A DNA stretch of 64,000 bases from an uncultured Gammaproteobacteria bacterium (lineage in GTDB: Bacteria > Patescibacteriota > Patescibacteriia > Magasanikbacterales > GWA2-37-8): assembly GCA_964496095.1 (NCBI GenBank), contig CAZBWU010000003.1, forward strand, positions 65,901 to 129,900, in the 5' to 3' direction. Under the pieces are notes generated by a model. It was not told the DNA's origin. It did no database searches and was given only the letters and a program-made list of their open reading frames with translations. Positions 28,294 to 37,469 of the stretch are shown piece after piece. Position numbers and translations under genes: made by a program. Every line of letters begins with the position of its first letter. Position 1 is the stretch's first letter.

Positions 28294-28448
28294 TGTCATC
28301 CTGAACGTAGTGAAGAATCTCTGTCGGCTGTTCGTTGTCATCCCCGACCTGATCGGGGATCCAGCGTACAATTAAATTGCCTGGATTCCCGCTGTTGCGG
28401 GAATGACAATTGTTTGGGCAGGGATTCTTCGCCTTGCTCAGAATGACA
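28294..28448. repeat. nested MITE cluster: family A element carrying a family B element inside
   Basis: Outer tgtcatcctgaacgtagtgaagaatctctgtc...gggattcttcgccttgctcagaatgaca. Inner ttgtcatccccgacctgatcggggatccag...ctggattcccgctgttgcgggaatgacaa. Confidence 0.7.
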
Positions 28449-28536
28449 GTTGATAAAATCCTAAATAACAATGTAAATACATTATAGCACATTGTTGAAG
28501 AAGCTAAAATATGTTATCATACTTTATATCCATCTT

Positions 28537-29034
28537 ATGGCTTTCAAACCAATAAAGGAAAAAATTCCAGATAAAAACTCCTCTGAAATTAATAACCCTC
28601 AACAAGAGGTTGATTTAAAATTGGAAGAAGAAGCTAGTGTTGAAAATGAACAAGGTGAAAAGCGCGAAAAACAAGAAAAAATATCTAGAGAGTCTGGTGA
28701 ACAAAGAGCAAAGCCTACTATTAAACGCCGACCAGCAATGCCTCCTCCAGCCAAGGATGAGACAATTATCAAAATAGAAAAAATACTGGAAGACGGCTTA
28801 AACGATTCCTACCAACGTCTATCCCCTATTGCTCGTCAAGAATTCAAACTCAAAGGCGAACAAACCGCCACTCAAATTCGAGATTTACTAAAAGATAGTC
28901 ACGTTAAAGTCAAAAAAATCTTACGCTTAATCTTGGACTGGCTACGAATGCTTCCTGGTATTAATCACTTTTTCTTAGAACAAGAAGCAAAGATAAAAAC
29001 AGACAAAATAATTTCTCTAAAAAATAGATTCTAA
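28537..29034 (+). CDS. hypothetical charged protein
   Basis: ORF immediately upstream of the ATPase gene. Start at MAFKPIKEK preferred over the upstream ATG. No motif recognised. Confidence 0.35.
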   Translation: MAFKPIKEKIPDKNSSEINNPQQEVDLKLEEEASVENEQGEKREKQEKISRESGEQRAKPTIKRRPAMPPPAKDETIIKIEKILEDGLNDSYQRLSPIARQEFKLKGEQTATQIRDLLKDSHVKVKKILRLILDWLRMLPGINHFFLEQEAKIKTDKIISLKNRF

Positions 29035-29049
29035 TCCAGCTATCGTGGT

Positions 29050-31593
29050 ATGAATATTACGGATTTTTTTTACAGTACTATTTCCCTATTCTCCACCGAT
29101 TTTTTTATCATGATTTTTCCGTTTCTTCTAGGATTAGTTTTTTTGATTTCCTCTTTATATATTCTCAAAGCTATCCTCACTATTCGCGGACGCAAAGGCA
29201 AAGCCTTTCACAAAACAGTCCTACTTATCAAAGTACCAAAAGAAAAAAAAGGCGACAAACCCGAATCAGCCAGCGCCGAAGACAACATCAACCATGTACG
29301 TGAAGAAGTGGCCGTGGCTGAAACAATTTTTTCCGCTGTCGCCGGTCTCAAACAAGAAAAAGGTATCAAAGCATGGCTAATGGGTCGAAATGATCATATT
29401 GCTTTTGAAATTGTAGTCAAAGACAACAAGATTTCTTTTTATGTAGTGATGCCAGACAAAGTCAAAGGCTTTATGGAACAACAAATCCACGCTCAGTATC
29501 CTCACGCAGAAATCACAGAAGAGCCGGATTACAACGCTTTCAAACCGCAAAGTCATATTGTCGGCGCTTATCTATGGCTCAAACATAAATCCGCTTTCCC
29601 GCTCAAAACATACAAAAAACTGGATAGCGATCCACTTATCGCTCTTCTTAATCCCCTAAGTAAAGTTGGCGAAGATGAAGGGGCTATAATCCAATACATA
29701 GTACGGCCTGCCTCTCGCAAATGGCGCAGTCAAGGCGTGCATATGGTACGTGATATTAAGAGTGGCGAAAAATTTGAAGATGTCGCCAAAAGAAATTATG
29801 TCTTGAAATTTTTCAAAGATTTTCTCAAATATTTAGCTCCTAGCAAAAAAAGCGAGGGTGGTATGGATCAAAGATATCAGATGACACAAATGGAAGAAGA
29901 GATGATAAAAAACATGGAAGAAAAAATTAGTCGTGGCGGTCTTGAAGCAACCATTCGCATAGTAAGTTCTGCCAACAACAAAGAAAAAGCCGTGATGAAT
30001 CTAGAAAATATTATTAATGCCTTCAGTCAATACAATCTATATAGATACGGTAATACTCTAGCGGCAGCTGTGCCTCGCAAACCAAATACTTTGATTCGTG
30101 ACTACATATATAGAGGCATGAAAGAAAGCCACTACATGGTCTTTAACACCGAAGAGATGGCAAGTTTTTGGCATATGCCAATCCCAAGTACCGAAACACC
30201 AAATATAAATTGGCTTGGAGCGCGCAAGTCTCCCCCACCAACCAACGTCGCCAAAGAAGGCATTACTCTTGGCAGAGCGGTATATAGAGGCGAAGAAACA
30301 ATTATTAAAATGAAACGTGAGGACCGTCGTCGTCATCTCTATACTATCGGTAAATCAGGTAGTGGTAAATCTGTCTTTATCCAAAACATGGCTGTGCAAG
30401 ATATTATCGCCGGCGAAGGTGTCTGTGTTATCGATCCGCACGGAGATTTTGTGGATTATGTTTTGCAACATGTGCCAAAAGAACGCGCCGAAGATGTTAT
30501 TTATTTTAATCCTTCCGATACAGACAGACCAATTGGTTTAAATATTATCGAAGTCTCAACCGAAGAACAAAAAGATTTTGCTACCCAAGAAATGATTTCT
30601 ATTTTCTATAAGTTGGTGACTGACCCATCTATGATTGGTCCGATGTTTGAACACAGTATGCGTAACGTCATGTTGACGCTCATGGCTGACATGGTCAACC
30701 CCGGAACAATTGCCGAAATCCCTCGCATGTTTACCGATGACGAGTTTGTGAAAAAATGGAAAAGCAAACTTAATGACCCGATGGTTCTTGCTTTCTGGGA
30801 TAAAGAAATGGCCAAGACTTCTGACTTCCACAAATCTGAAATGCTTGGTTATTTAATTTCCAAAGTGGGTCGCTTTATCGAAAATTCCATGATCAGAAAT
30901 ATTATCGGACAAACCCATTCTGGTTTTAATTTCCGCGAAGTCATGGATAACAAAAAAATATTATTAGTTAATCTTGCCAAAGGTTTGGTGGGAGAAATGA
31001 ACTCAAACTTACTTGGTTTAATTATTGTATCCAAATTACAAATGGCCGCTCTGGAGCGCGCCTCCCTACCAGAAGATCAACGTCATGATTTTTATTTGTA
31101 TATCGATGAGTTCCAAAACTTTATCACCGACTCTATCGCCACCATTCTTTCTGAAGCTCGTAAATATCGCTTAGAACTTATTATTGCCCACCAGTATATG
31201 AAGCAGTTGGAAGATAATAAAGGTAAAACTACCGTACGCGATGCCGTGCTTGGTAATGCGGGTACACTTGTATCATTCCGTATCGGTGTAGAAGATGCTG
31301 AAGTCCTGGCCAAAGAATACGCTCCTGTGTTTAGCGCTTATGATCTGGTAAACGTTGAACAATTTACCGCTTATGTTAAACTGTTGATTGACAATACAGC
31401 TGCCAAACCGTTTAATATGCTTACCTACCCTCCTCGCTCTGGCAATAAACAGCTAGCAGCAGCTATAAAAGAGCTTTCTAGATTAAAATACGGCCGACCA
31501 AGAGAGATTGTGGAAGCAGAAATTGAAGAAAGAGCACAGTTAGGCGCAGTTACCAAAGAAAGTAAGGCTTCCATTAGTGAAATAGGGTTATAA
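29050..31593 (+). CDS. membrane-anchored P-loop ATPase of the FtsK/HerA/TraD(VirD4)-like superfamily with a large N-terminal domain
   Basis: N-terminal TM. Walker A ...HLYTIGKSGSGKSVFIQN.... ...VIDPHGDFVDYV...IYFNPSD... resembles the TrwB/TraD DPxG...NPLD region. Walker B ...FYLYIDEFQNF..., then ...RKYRLELIIAHQ.... Residues 100-400 are paralogous to 40524..41978. Confidence 0.5.
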   Translation: MNITDFFYSTISLFSTDFFIMIFPFLLGLVFLISSLYILKAILTIRGRKGKAFHKTVLLIKVPKEKKGDKPESASAEDNINHVREEVAVAETIFSAVAGLKQEKGIKAWLMGRNDHIAFEIVVKDNKISFYVVMPDKVKGFMEQQIHAQYPHAEITEEPDYNAFKPQSHIVGAYLWLKHKSAFPLKTYKKLDSDPLIALLNPLSKVGEDEGAIIQYIVRPASRKWRSQGVHMVRDIKSGEKFEDVAKRNYVLKFFKDFLKYLAPSKKSEGGMDQRYQMTQMEEEMIKNMEEKISRGGLEATIRIVSSANNKEKAVMNLENIINAFSQYNLYRYGNTLAAAVPRKPNTLIRDYIYRGMKESHYMVFNTEEMASFWHMPIPSTETPNINWLGARKSPPPTNVAKEGITLGRAVYRGEETIIKMKREDRRRHLYTIGKSGSGKSVFIQNMAVQDIIAGEGVCVIDPHGDFVDYVLQHVPKERAEDVIYFNPSDTDRPIGLNIIEVSTEEQKDFATQEMISIFYKLVTDPSMIGPMFEHSMRNVMLTLMADMVNPGTIAEIPRMFTDDEFVKKWKSKLNDPMVLAFWDKEMAKTSDFHKSEMLGYLISKVGRFIENSMIRNIIGQTHSGFNFREVMDNKKILLVNLAKGLVGEMNSNLLGLIIVSKLQMAALERASLPEDQRHDFYLYIDEFQNFITDSIATILSEARKYRLELIIAHQYMKQLEDNKGKTTVRDAVLGNAGTLVSFRIGVEDAEVLAKEYAPVFSAYDLVNVEQFTAYVKLLIDNTAAKPFNMLTYPPRSGNKQLAAAIKELSRLKYGRPREIVEAEIEERAQLGAVTKESKASISEIGL

Positions 31594-31605
31594 TACAAAT
31601 AAAAT

Positions 31606-33258
31606 ATGTCAACAATCTACCGTAAATACCGTCCTCAAGTTTTTGCCGATGTCACAGGTCAAGACCATATTATCAAAACTATTACCAACGAAATCGCAAC
31701 TAACAAAATCGCGCATGCTTATTTATTTTGTGGACCACGCGGTACGGGTAAAACTACCACTGCCCGCTTACTAGCCAAAGCGATAAATTGTGAAAATAAA
31801 AAAGATGGCGAATACGAACCTTGCAACATCTGCTCTTCTTGTGTTGAATCAACTGCGAGCCACAGTATAGATATTATTGAAATAGACGCAGCTTCCAATA
31901 CCGGCGTAGACAATGTCCGTGAAAATATTATTGAAAACGCTCAGTTCAAACCAACCAAATCAAAATACAAAGTCTTTATCATCGACGAAGTCCACATGCT
32001 TTCTACCGGTGCTTTCAACGCCCTGCTCAAGACCGTAGAAGAACCTCCAGTGCATGTTATATTTATCCTCGCTACTACCGAGACTCACAAATTACCAGCC
32101 ACCATTATTTCCCGTTGCCAACGTTTTAATTTCAAAAAAGTTGGCTACGATGACATGCTCAAACGCTTAGAAGAACTTTGCAAAAGTGAAAAAATAAAAG
32201 TTGATAAAAAAGTTTTGGAAAGAATAATCAACAAGAGCGACGGCTGTGTCCGTGATGCTGAAAGCCTGCTAGGACAAATTTTGAGTCTTGACTTAAAAAG
32301 TATTGGCCCGGAAGACGCCGAGATGATTCTCCCTACTTCAAATGTAGAATCTATTTTAGAGTTTATTAATCTTATCTTAGACAAAAACCCAGCGACCGCC
32401 ATTGAATTACTACAAAAATCGGTAGAAGACGGGATAAACCTTGAACAGTTTGCCTATGACACAGTTGAGGCTTTACGCCTAGCCATGATTGTCCAAACAA
32501 ACTTCCAAACCAAAAATCTCAATACCGATTATAGCGACAAAGATTTAGGGTCTATCAAAAAAATCGCAGAAAAAATCACTACTCCGAGACTAATCAAAAT
32601 GCTTGAATCTCTGATTATCCGCCACCGAGAAATCAAATCATCTCCCCTACCTCAATTACCTTTGGAATTATTTGCCGTTGAATTTGGGATAGAGGAAGAA
32701 ATAGCTACAACTAATCGTTCGTCCGGTGCAACATCTGTCATTCCGACCCCCGCAAGCGGGATAAATTCCACAGAGGAATCCCTTAAACCAAAGGATAAGG
32801 GATCTTTCGACTCGGCAAAAGCCTCACTCAAGATGACAGAAACGACAACTATAGTTGAAAAAGAAGAACCAAAAACACCGAATCCAATCACCCAAGCAAT
32901 CAAAGATACTATCACCCATATTGCAAGTGGAGACATAAAAACAACCTTTGATGAAATCAAAAATAAATGGAATAGTATCATTGAAGAAATAAGCAAAAAA
33001 AATCATTCCCTCAGCTTCATTCTCAAAATGAGCCAGCTACAACATGTTCAAGATGGACGTCTGTACATCACTGTTCCTTACTCTTTTCATAAAGATAAAA
33101 TCAACGAAATCAATACTAAAAAAACCATTGAACAAGCAATAACAAATTTCTTCTCAGAACATATTCCTCTGGTTTGCGATGTGATCGCAGCGCCAGCTAT
33201 CGAAGAGGATTCTGAATTAAACAAATTAGCCGCCGATTTTGGCGGAGAGGTTGTGTAA
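31606..33258 (+). CDS. dnaX: DNA polymerase III subunit gamma/tau
   Basis: ...YRPQVFADVTGQDHI...AYLFCGPRGTGKTTTARLLAKAINC... (clamp-loader AAA+ with C-x-x-C Zn module) and ...FIIDEVHMLS...SRCQRFNF.... Carries a MITE in-frame at 32736..32837. Confidence 0.85.
   Translation: MSTIYRKYRPQVFADVTGQDHIIKTITNEIATNKIAHAYLFCGPRGTGKTTTARLLAKAINCENKKDGEYEPCNICSSCVESTASHSIDIIEIDAASNTGVDNVRENIIENAQFKPTKSKYKVFIIDEVHMLSTGAFNALLKTVEEPPVHVIFILATTETHKLPATIISRCQRFNFKKVGYDDMLKRLEELCKSEKIKVDKKVLERIINKSDGCVRDAESLLGQILSLDLKSIGPEDAEMILPTSNVESILEFINLILDKNPATAIELLQKSVEDGINLEQFAYDTVEALRLAMIVQTNFQTKNLNTDYSDKDLGSIKKIAEKITTPRLIKMLESLIIRHREIKSSPLPQLPLELFAVEFGIEEEIATTNRSSGATSVIPTPASGINSTEESLKPKDKGSFDSAKASLKMTETTTIVEKEEPKTPNPITQAIKDTITHIASGDIKTTFDEIKNKWNSIIEEISKKNHSLSFILKMSQLQHVQDGRLYITVPYSFHKDKINEINTKKTIEQAITNFFSEHIPLVCDVIAAPAIEEDSELNKLAADFGGEVV
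32736..32837. repeat. MITE-like family A element inserted in-frame within dnaX
   Basis: tgtcattccgacccccgcaagcgggataaattccacagaggaatccctt...gggatctttcgactcggcaaaagcctcactcaagatgaca, 102 nt, encodes ...SVIPTPASGINSTEESLKPKDKGSFDSAKASLKMTE.... Confidence 0.65.
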
Positions 33259-33318
33259 ATAGCCTAAAATAAGGTATAGTACCGATGAGACGGGCTAATT
33301 AAACTAACCCTAATACAA

Positions 33319-34146
33319 ATGTTAAAATTGATTTTTGTAGCCCTGTTTGCGCTTCTTGGATTTGGTGCTTCTACCGCTCAGGCAACCGAAGAAAAAATAA
33401 ACTTACCCGTTCCATATATACCCGAAGCACCAGATGGTCTAATGGTAAAACCATGGAACAACTCTTGTGAAGAAGCTTCCACCGCCATGCTTGATGAATA
33501 CTATTTTGGCAATCATCAAAAAACCATTTCCGCAACAAAGGCCAAGCAACTTATTCTCAACTACATAGCTATTGAAAATAAGATTTTTGGGTTTAACGCA
33601 GATACCAACGCCACTGAAATGACTAAAGTTATCAACGAACATTCCAAATACTTTGAAGCTAAAATAAAAACCAATCCAACTCTAGAAGAAGTAAAAGCTG
33701 AACTACTTGCTGAGAGACCAGTTATCGCCTTGCTTTATGGAAAAAATTTAGAAAATCCCCGCATTCACTTTGCTCGTAATGGCTCTTATTATCACACTAT
33801 TGTAATAAAGGGTTTTGATGATGAAACGAATGAATTTATCGTGAATGACAATGGCGATTTTGAGCAAGGTCTTGACTTACGGTATTCGTATGATACAATC
33901 ATGGGCGCTTTACGTGATTTTGACCGTAAAATTCGAAAAACGGTTAAACCAGCCACCGTGCTGTTTTCTAGCCAAAGAATGCTAGTTAAAACAGCAAATT
34001 CCAACCGCATATATCTAATCAAGAATAATAAAAAACAGCACATTACTTCACCAGCATTGTTCAAAACCAATGGTTGGAAATGGAGCTTTGTGATGACAGT
34101 TTCACAGTCTTGGTTGGATAAGTTTGAAACTAGTTCAACAATTTAG
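33319..34146 (+). CDS. secreted protein, possibly C39-like (papain-fold) peptidase domain
   Basis: Signal peptide. ...KPWNNSCEEASTAMLDEYY... resembles the Q...N.CGP.S.AM...YY region of peptidase_C39_2-type proteins. Weak call. Confidence 0.3.
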   Translation: MLKLIFVALFALLGFGASTAQATEEKINLPVPYIPEAPDGLMVKPWNNSCEEASTAMLDEYYFGNHQKTISATKAKQLILNYIAIENKIFGFNADTNATEMTKVINEHSKYFEAKIKTNPTLEEVKAELLAERPVIALLYGKNLENPRIHFARNGSYYHTIVIKGFDDETNEFIVNDNGDFEQGLDLRYSYDTIMGALRDFDRKIRKTVKPATVLFSSQRMLVKTANSNRIYLIKNNKKQHITSPALFKTNGWKWSFVMTVSQSWLDKFETSSTI

Positions 34147-34155
34147 TCTTTCGCC

Positions 34156-34267
34156 TGTCATTCTGAACGAAGTGAAGAATCTCTGTCCGTACAATGTCAT
34201 TCCCGCCAAAGCGGGAATCCAGACAATTCGAACGTACCCTGGATTCCCAATCAAGTTGGGAATGACA
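34156..34267. repeat. MITE composite: family A half-element plus complete family B element, abutting tRNA-Gln
   Basis: tgtcattctgaacgaagtgaagaatctctgtccg then tgtcattcccgccaaagcgggaatccag...ctggattcccaatcaagttgggaatgacaa. Confidence 0.7.
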
Positions 34268-34274
34268 AAAACAT

Positions 34275-34345
34275 TCCGAGGTGGTCTAATGGTAGGACAA
34301 CGGACTCTGAATCCGTTTATCTTGGTTCGAATCCAAGCCTCGGAA
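34275..34345 (+). tRNA. tRNA-Gln (CTG)
   Basis: TCCGAGGTGGTCTAATGGTAGGACAACGGACTCTGAATCCGTTTATCTTGGTTCGAATCCAAGCCTCGGAA. 7 bp acceptor, D and T arms fold, anticodon loop CUCUGAA. CCA not encoded. Confidence 0.8.
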
Positions 34346-34465
34346 CAAATAAGTACATAATTAAGTGTTTTTTAACACCCCCAACAATAAAATTTTATAA
34401 TCTTGTCAAGAGAGTTATTAACAGCTATTTTTGGCTAACAATAAAGGTTATTTAAAGAAAATCAT

Positions 34466-34592
34466 TGACAAACTGCCAAGTATGGTATATAATAGAATTG
34501 TCGTAAGTTCTATGGGGAGCTTAATGCAAGTAAGTGTACTGTAAGTGCACCGAACCATAGACAGACTGAAATCACCCTGCGGGGTGGTTTTT
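34466..34592 (+). ncRNA. candidate small RNA with consensus promoter and intrinsic terminator
   Basis: TTGACA-N16-TATAAT (34466..34493), then about 90 nt of ORF-less sequence with internal hairpins (ctatgg...ccatag), ending in caccctgcggggtg plus a T-run. No plus-strand gene downstream. Confidence 0.4.
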
Positions 34593-35232
34593 AGTTACCA
34601 AATTTTTCAAACGGGAATTTTATACGATGCCTAAAGTTTGGTTCGCATAAATTATATAAATGATCCGCGTTATAATTATACTTTGCAAATACAGCATTTG
34701 AAACTACGTCGATTAACTGTATTCCTTTGCAATTTTTTGAATCAAGCATTACCACTTCAATGGGAAAATCAAACCTCCAGCGCGCTCTTGCTTCTAATAT
34801 AATGTAATCCTTTAAGGAATTAAGAGAGTTTGTTTTAATACTGTGATTATCTAATACTATTGTTACTGGCTCATGATACGAGAGTATGCATTTTTTTATT
34901 AATTTGCCAATCAAATAATTATAACAAATATTTTTTTCTTGAAAAAGAGAAGGGATTAAATGATTTTTATCGGTAACTAAATAATCTAAGCGAAAACATC
35001 CTAATTTATTAAGTCGGTTTAAAATATCTTGCTTTGTCGGAAAACTCAACCTACTCGCATGTAGCTCGACAAACCCTTGCTTCAAACAATGATCAACAAA
35101 AAGACGGCTGTGCAGATTTTTTAAAGTTCGCCTATGAGAGTCATCCTCGGTGACCAAAGCTCCGATTACAAAATACCTTTCTTTGGGTTTATTGTTTAGA
35201 GCGCCAGATTCATCTAAATATATAACTGGCAT
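34591..35232 (-). CDS. DUF3800 family protein
   Basis: MPVIYLDESGALNNKPKERYFVIGALV... is the IYxDESG N-terminal hallmark of DUF3800. Confidence 0.6.
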   Translation of the reverse strand: MPVIYLDESGALNNKPKERYFVIGALVTEDDSHRRTLKNLHSRLFVDHCLKQGFVELHASRLSFPTKQDILNRLNKLGCFRLDYLVTDKNHLIPSLFQEKNICYNYLIGKLIKKCILSYHEPVTIVLDNHSIKTNSLNSLKDYIILEARARWRFDFPIEVVMLDSKNCKGIQLIDVVSNAVFAKYNYNADHLYNLCEPNFRHRIKFPFEKFGN

Positions 35233-35235
35233 AGA

Positions 35236-35991
35236 TCAATCCTTTCTCCCCTCCAAAAACAAAAACAAAGGAAACTCCTTACGCGATTTATCCTCTGCTG
35301 TAAAGCGCGGACCTCTAGTAGGTTCACGATGAGAAATCCATTCTTCAAGTTTTGTCACCGCCAAACCATGCTTGCGAAGCATTTTGAAATACCATTGCAA
35401 CGGTCTATGAAAAGAAACAGTTTTTTCTGAGTTTTTTTGTCCCGGGTGCATATCTATTTCTGTTTGAAATTCTGACAAATAAGCATCCAGTCGGCGATAC
35501 TGTACTTTCTCCACTTCATCCCACTGCCAACTAGAAACCTTTGGGGTTCTATATGCCGGATGATTCAAAACCAAAAACAAACTCCCCTTTTCTTTGAGAA
35601 CTCTGGCACATTCTTTAAACACTCCGTCTACATTTTTTATATTTTGCAAAGCAAGAATAATTATTATTTGGTCCACAGATTTATCTGCGCAAAAACTAAT
35701 ATTGTCTGCTGGCGCTACATGATAATCTATAGGTTGTGATTTATGTTTTTTAGCAAGATTGATTAATTCTGGAGAAATATCTGAGGCAACAACTTTGGCA
35801 CCACCCTCAGCGATAATACGAGAAAAAAATCCTTGCCCACAAGCCAAATCCAAAATCACTTGGTTTTTATCCAATTTTATAGATCTAAGCAAATTTGGCA
35901 AAATAACTTTTTGCTGAAAAGAATCGTCGTCTTTTTCAAGAAGCTTGTCATACCAATTCGCGACTTTGTTCCAGGATGTATCTTTTTTCAT
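35236..35991 (-). CDS. class I SAM-dependent methyltransferase
   Basis: Motif I ...VILDLACGQGFFSRIIAEGGAKVVASDIS.... Small-molecule-type MTase fold, no DNA-MTase motifs. Confidence 0.7.
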   Translation of the reverse strand: MKKDTSWNKVANWYDKLLEKDDDSFQQKVILPNLLRSIKLDKNQVILDLACGQGFFSRIIAEGGAKVVASDISPELINLAKKHKSQPIDYHVAPADNISFCADKSVDQIIIILALQNIKNVDGVFKECARVLKEKGSLFLVLNHPAYRTPKVSSWQWDEVEKVQYRRLDAYLSEFQTEIDMHPGQKNSEKTVSFHRPLQWYFKMLRKHGLAVTKLEEWISHREPTRGPRFTAEDKSRKEFPLFLFLEGRKD

Positions 35992-36041
35992 GGAGTTATT
36001 CTAATCGAAATACAACAATCGGTCAATTAAAAAGGTTGTGC

Positions 36042-36153
36042 TGTCATCCTGAGCAAAGCCGTAGCGAAGTCGAAGGATCCCTTATACTAAGGGTTCTGCA
36101 AATACTATGTTTAAGGGATTCCTCCACTCGTCTCGAGACTCGGTCGGAATGAC
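36042..36153. repeat. MITE-like palindromic element, family A variant
   Basis: tgtcatcctgagcaaagccgtagcgaagtcgaaggatccctt...aagggattcctcc...cggaatgaca. Confidence 0.65.
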
Positions 36154-36209
36154 ATTACAAAACAAAGCTTACCTTGCAAAAACTCTTTAAAAATGATAAT
36201 ATCTCCGAT

Positions 36210-37061
36210 ATGTCAACCATTATAGACGGCAAAAAACTAGCCTCAAAAATAGAAAAAAGCACTGCCAAAGAGGTGGCTATTTTGAAAACCAAAGGCATTG
36301 TGCCAAAGCTGGCAGTTATTTTGGTTGGCAATGACAAACCTTCACAAACTTATATAAATAGAAAAAAAGAAGCAGCCGAGCGCATTGGCATAGATTTTGC
36401 TTTATATCAATTTCCAAAAAATATTTCCAAAGATGATTTGATTAGTAATCTTAAAAAAATTCAAGAAGATAAAAAACTGACTGGTCTGATAGTTCAGCTT
36501 CCTCTGCCAGAAAGATTATACAACTCAGAAGTTTTAAACTCCATTAACCCAGCCATAGACGTGGACTGTTTGACCGATAGCAACATCGGCAAATTGGTAA
36601 TGGAAACAAATCATATCGAACCCCCAACTCCTTGGGCAGTCATAAAAACTCTTAAAGAAATTAAATTTAATTTAAAAGGAAAAAATATTACCATCGTTGG
36701 CACAGGCGCACTGGTCGGTAAACCGCTTTCTATAATGCTTGTTAACGAACTTGCAAGCGTCACCACCTGCAATATTCACACCCAAGATCTAAAAAAGAAA
36801 TGCCTAGAGGCAGATGCGATCATCTCGGCAGTCGGCAAACAAAATCTGATTACCAAAGATATGGTGAAGAAAAATGCAGTTGTGATTGATACGGGCATTG
36901 TCTATGTAGATGGCAAAATGCATGGCGATGTTGACTTCCAAAATGTTTCCAAAAAAACTAGCTTCATCACGCCTACTCCTGGCGGTATAGGTCCAATTAC
37001 CGTTGCTAAATTACTTCTCAATACAGTCACTTGCGCAAAAAAAATAAACAGTATACTCTAG
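36210..37061 (+). CDS. folD: bifunctional methylenetetrahydrofolate dehydrogenase/cyclohydrolase
   Basis: MSTIIDGKKLASKI..., ...LAVILVGNDKPSQTYINRKKEAAERIGI..., ...GLIVQLPLP..., ...TPTPGGIGPITVA.... FolD collinear. Confidence 0.85.
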   Translation: MSTIIDGKKLASKIEKSTAKEVAILKTKGIVPKLAVILVGNDKPSQTYINRKKEAAERIGIDFALYQFPKNISKDDLISNLKKIQEDKKLTGLIVQLPLPERLYNSEVLNSINPAIDVDCLTDSNIGKLVMETNHIEPPTPWAVIKTLKEIKFNLKGKNITIVGTGALVGKPLSIMLVNELASVTTCNIHTQDLKKKCLEADAIISAVGKQNLITKDMVKKNAVVIDTGIVYVDGKMHGDVDFQNVSKKTSFITPTPGGIGPITVAKLLLNTVTCAKKINSIL

Positions 37062-37086
37062 ATTAAAGATAGGGGGGGCAACGATC

Positions 37087-37332
37087 ATGTCGCAGGTGCA
37101 TGGCAAAGTCGAACTCCCGTGCAATTACTTCAAACACCCAAACAAAGGAGCTAATAACGGCTGTACCGGCATCTTCGTTGAAGTGGGCGGAGAAAACGGC
37201 TCTACCGTTCGCACCCGTCTACGATGCAACCACGCCGGTTGTCAGCGCGTCATCCACATCGACGTTGCAGAGCTTCTGCAGATCTACCAGCACGAGCGCC
37301 AAAAACGCTACAAGCCTAGCAAAAAAGACTAG
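37087..37332 (+). CDS. hypothetical small Cys4 protein (81 aa) in a GC-rich cassette
   Basis: Strong SD (agggggggcaacgatcATG). G/C-rich codons. Four Cys (C12, C26, C47, C52) may form a zinc-ribbon. Confidence 0.4.
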   Translation: MSQVHGKVELPCNYFKHPNKGANNGCTGIFVEVGGENGSTVRTRLRCNHAGCQRVIHIDVAELLQIYQHERQKRYKPSKKD

Positions 37333-37469
37333 GCTAGCTGCAAATATCTGGGGAGTCTCTTAGAGTTTGGCGGTCACTCTTTAAAAACCGTCAGCCTTTC
37401 TATTTGTTGAATATCCACACCTACCATTTGACATCTTAAACTAACGTGATAGTCTAACTATACAATTCA

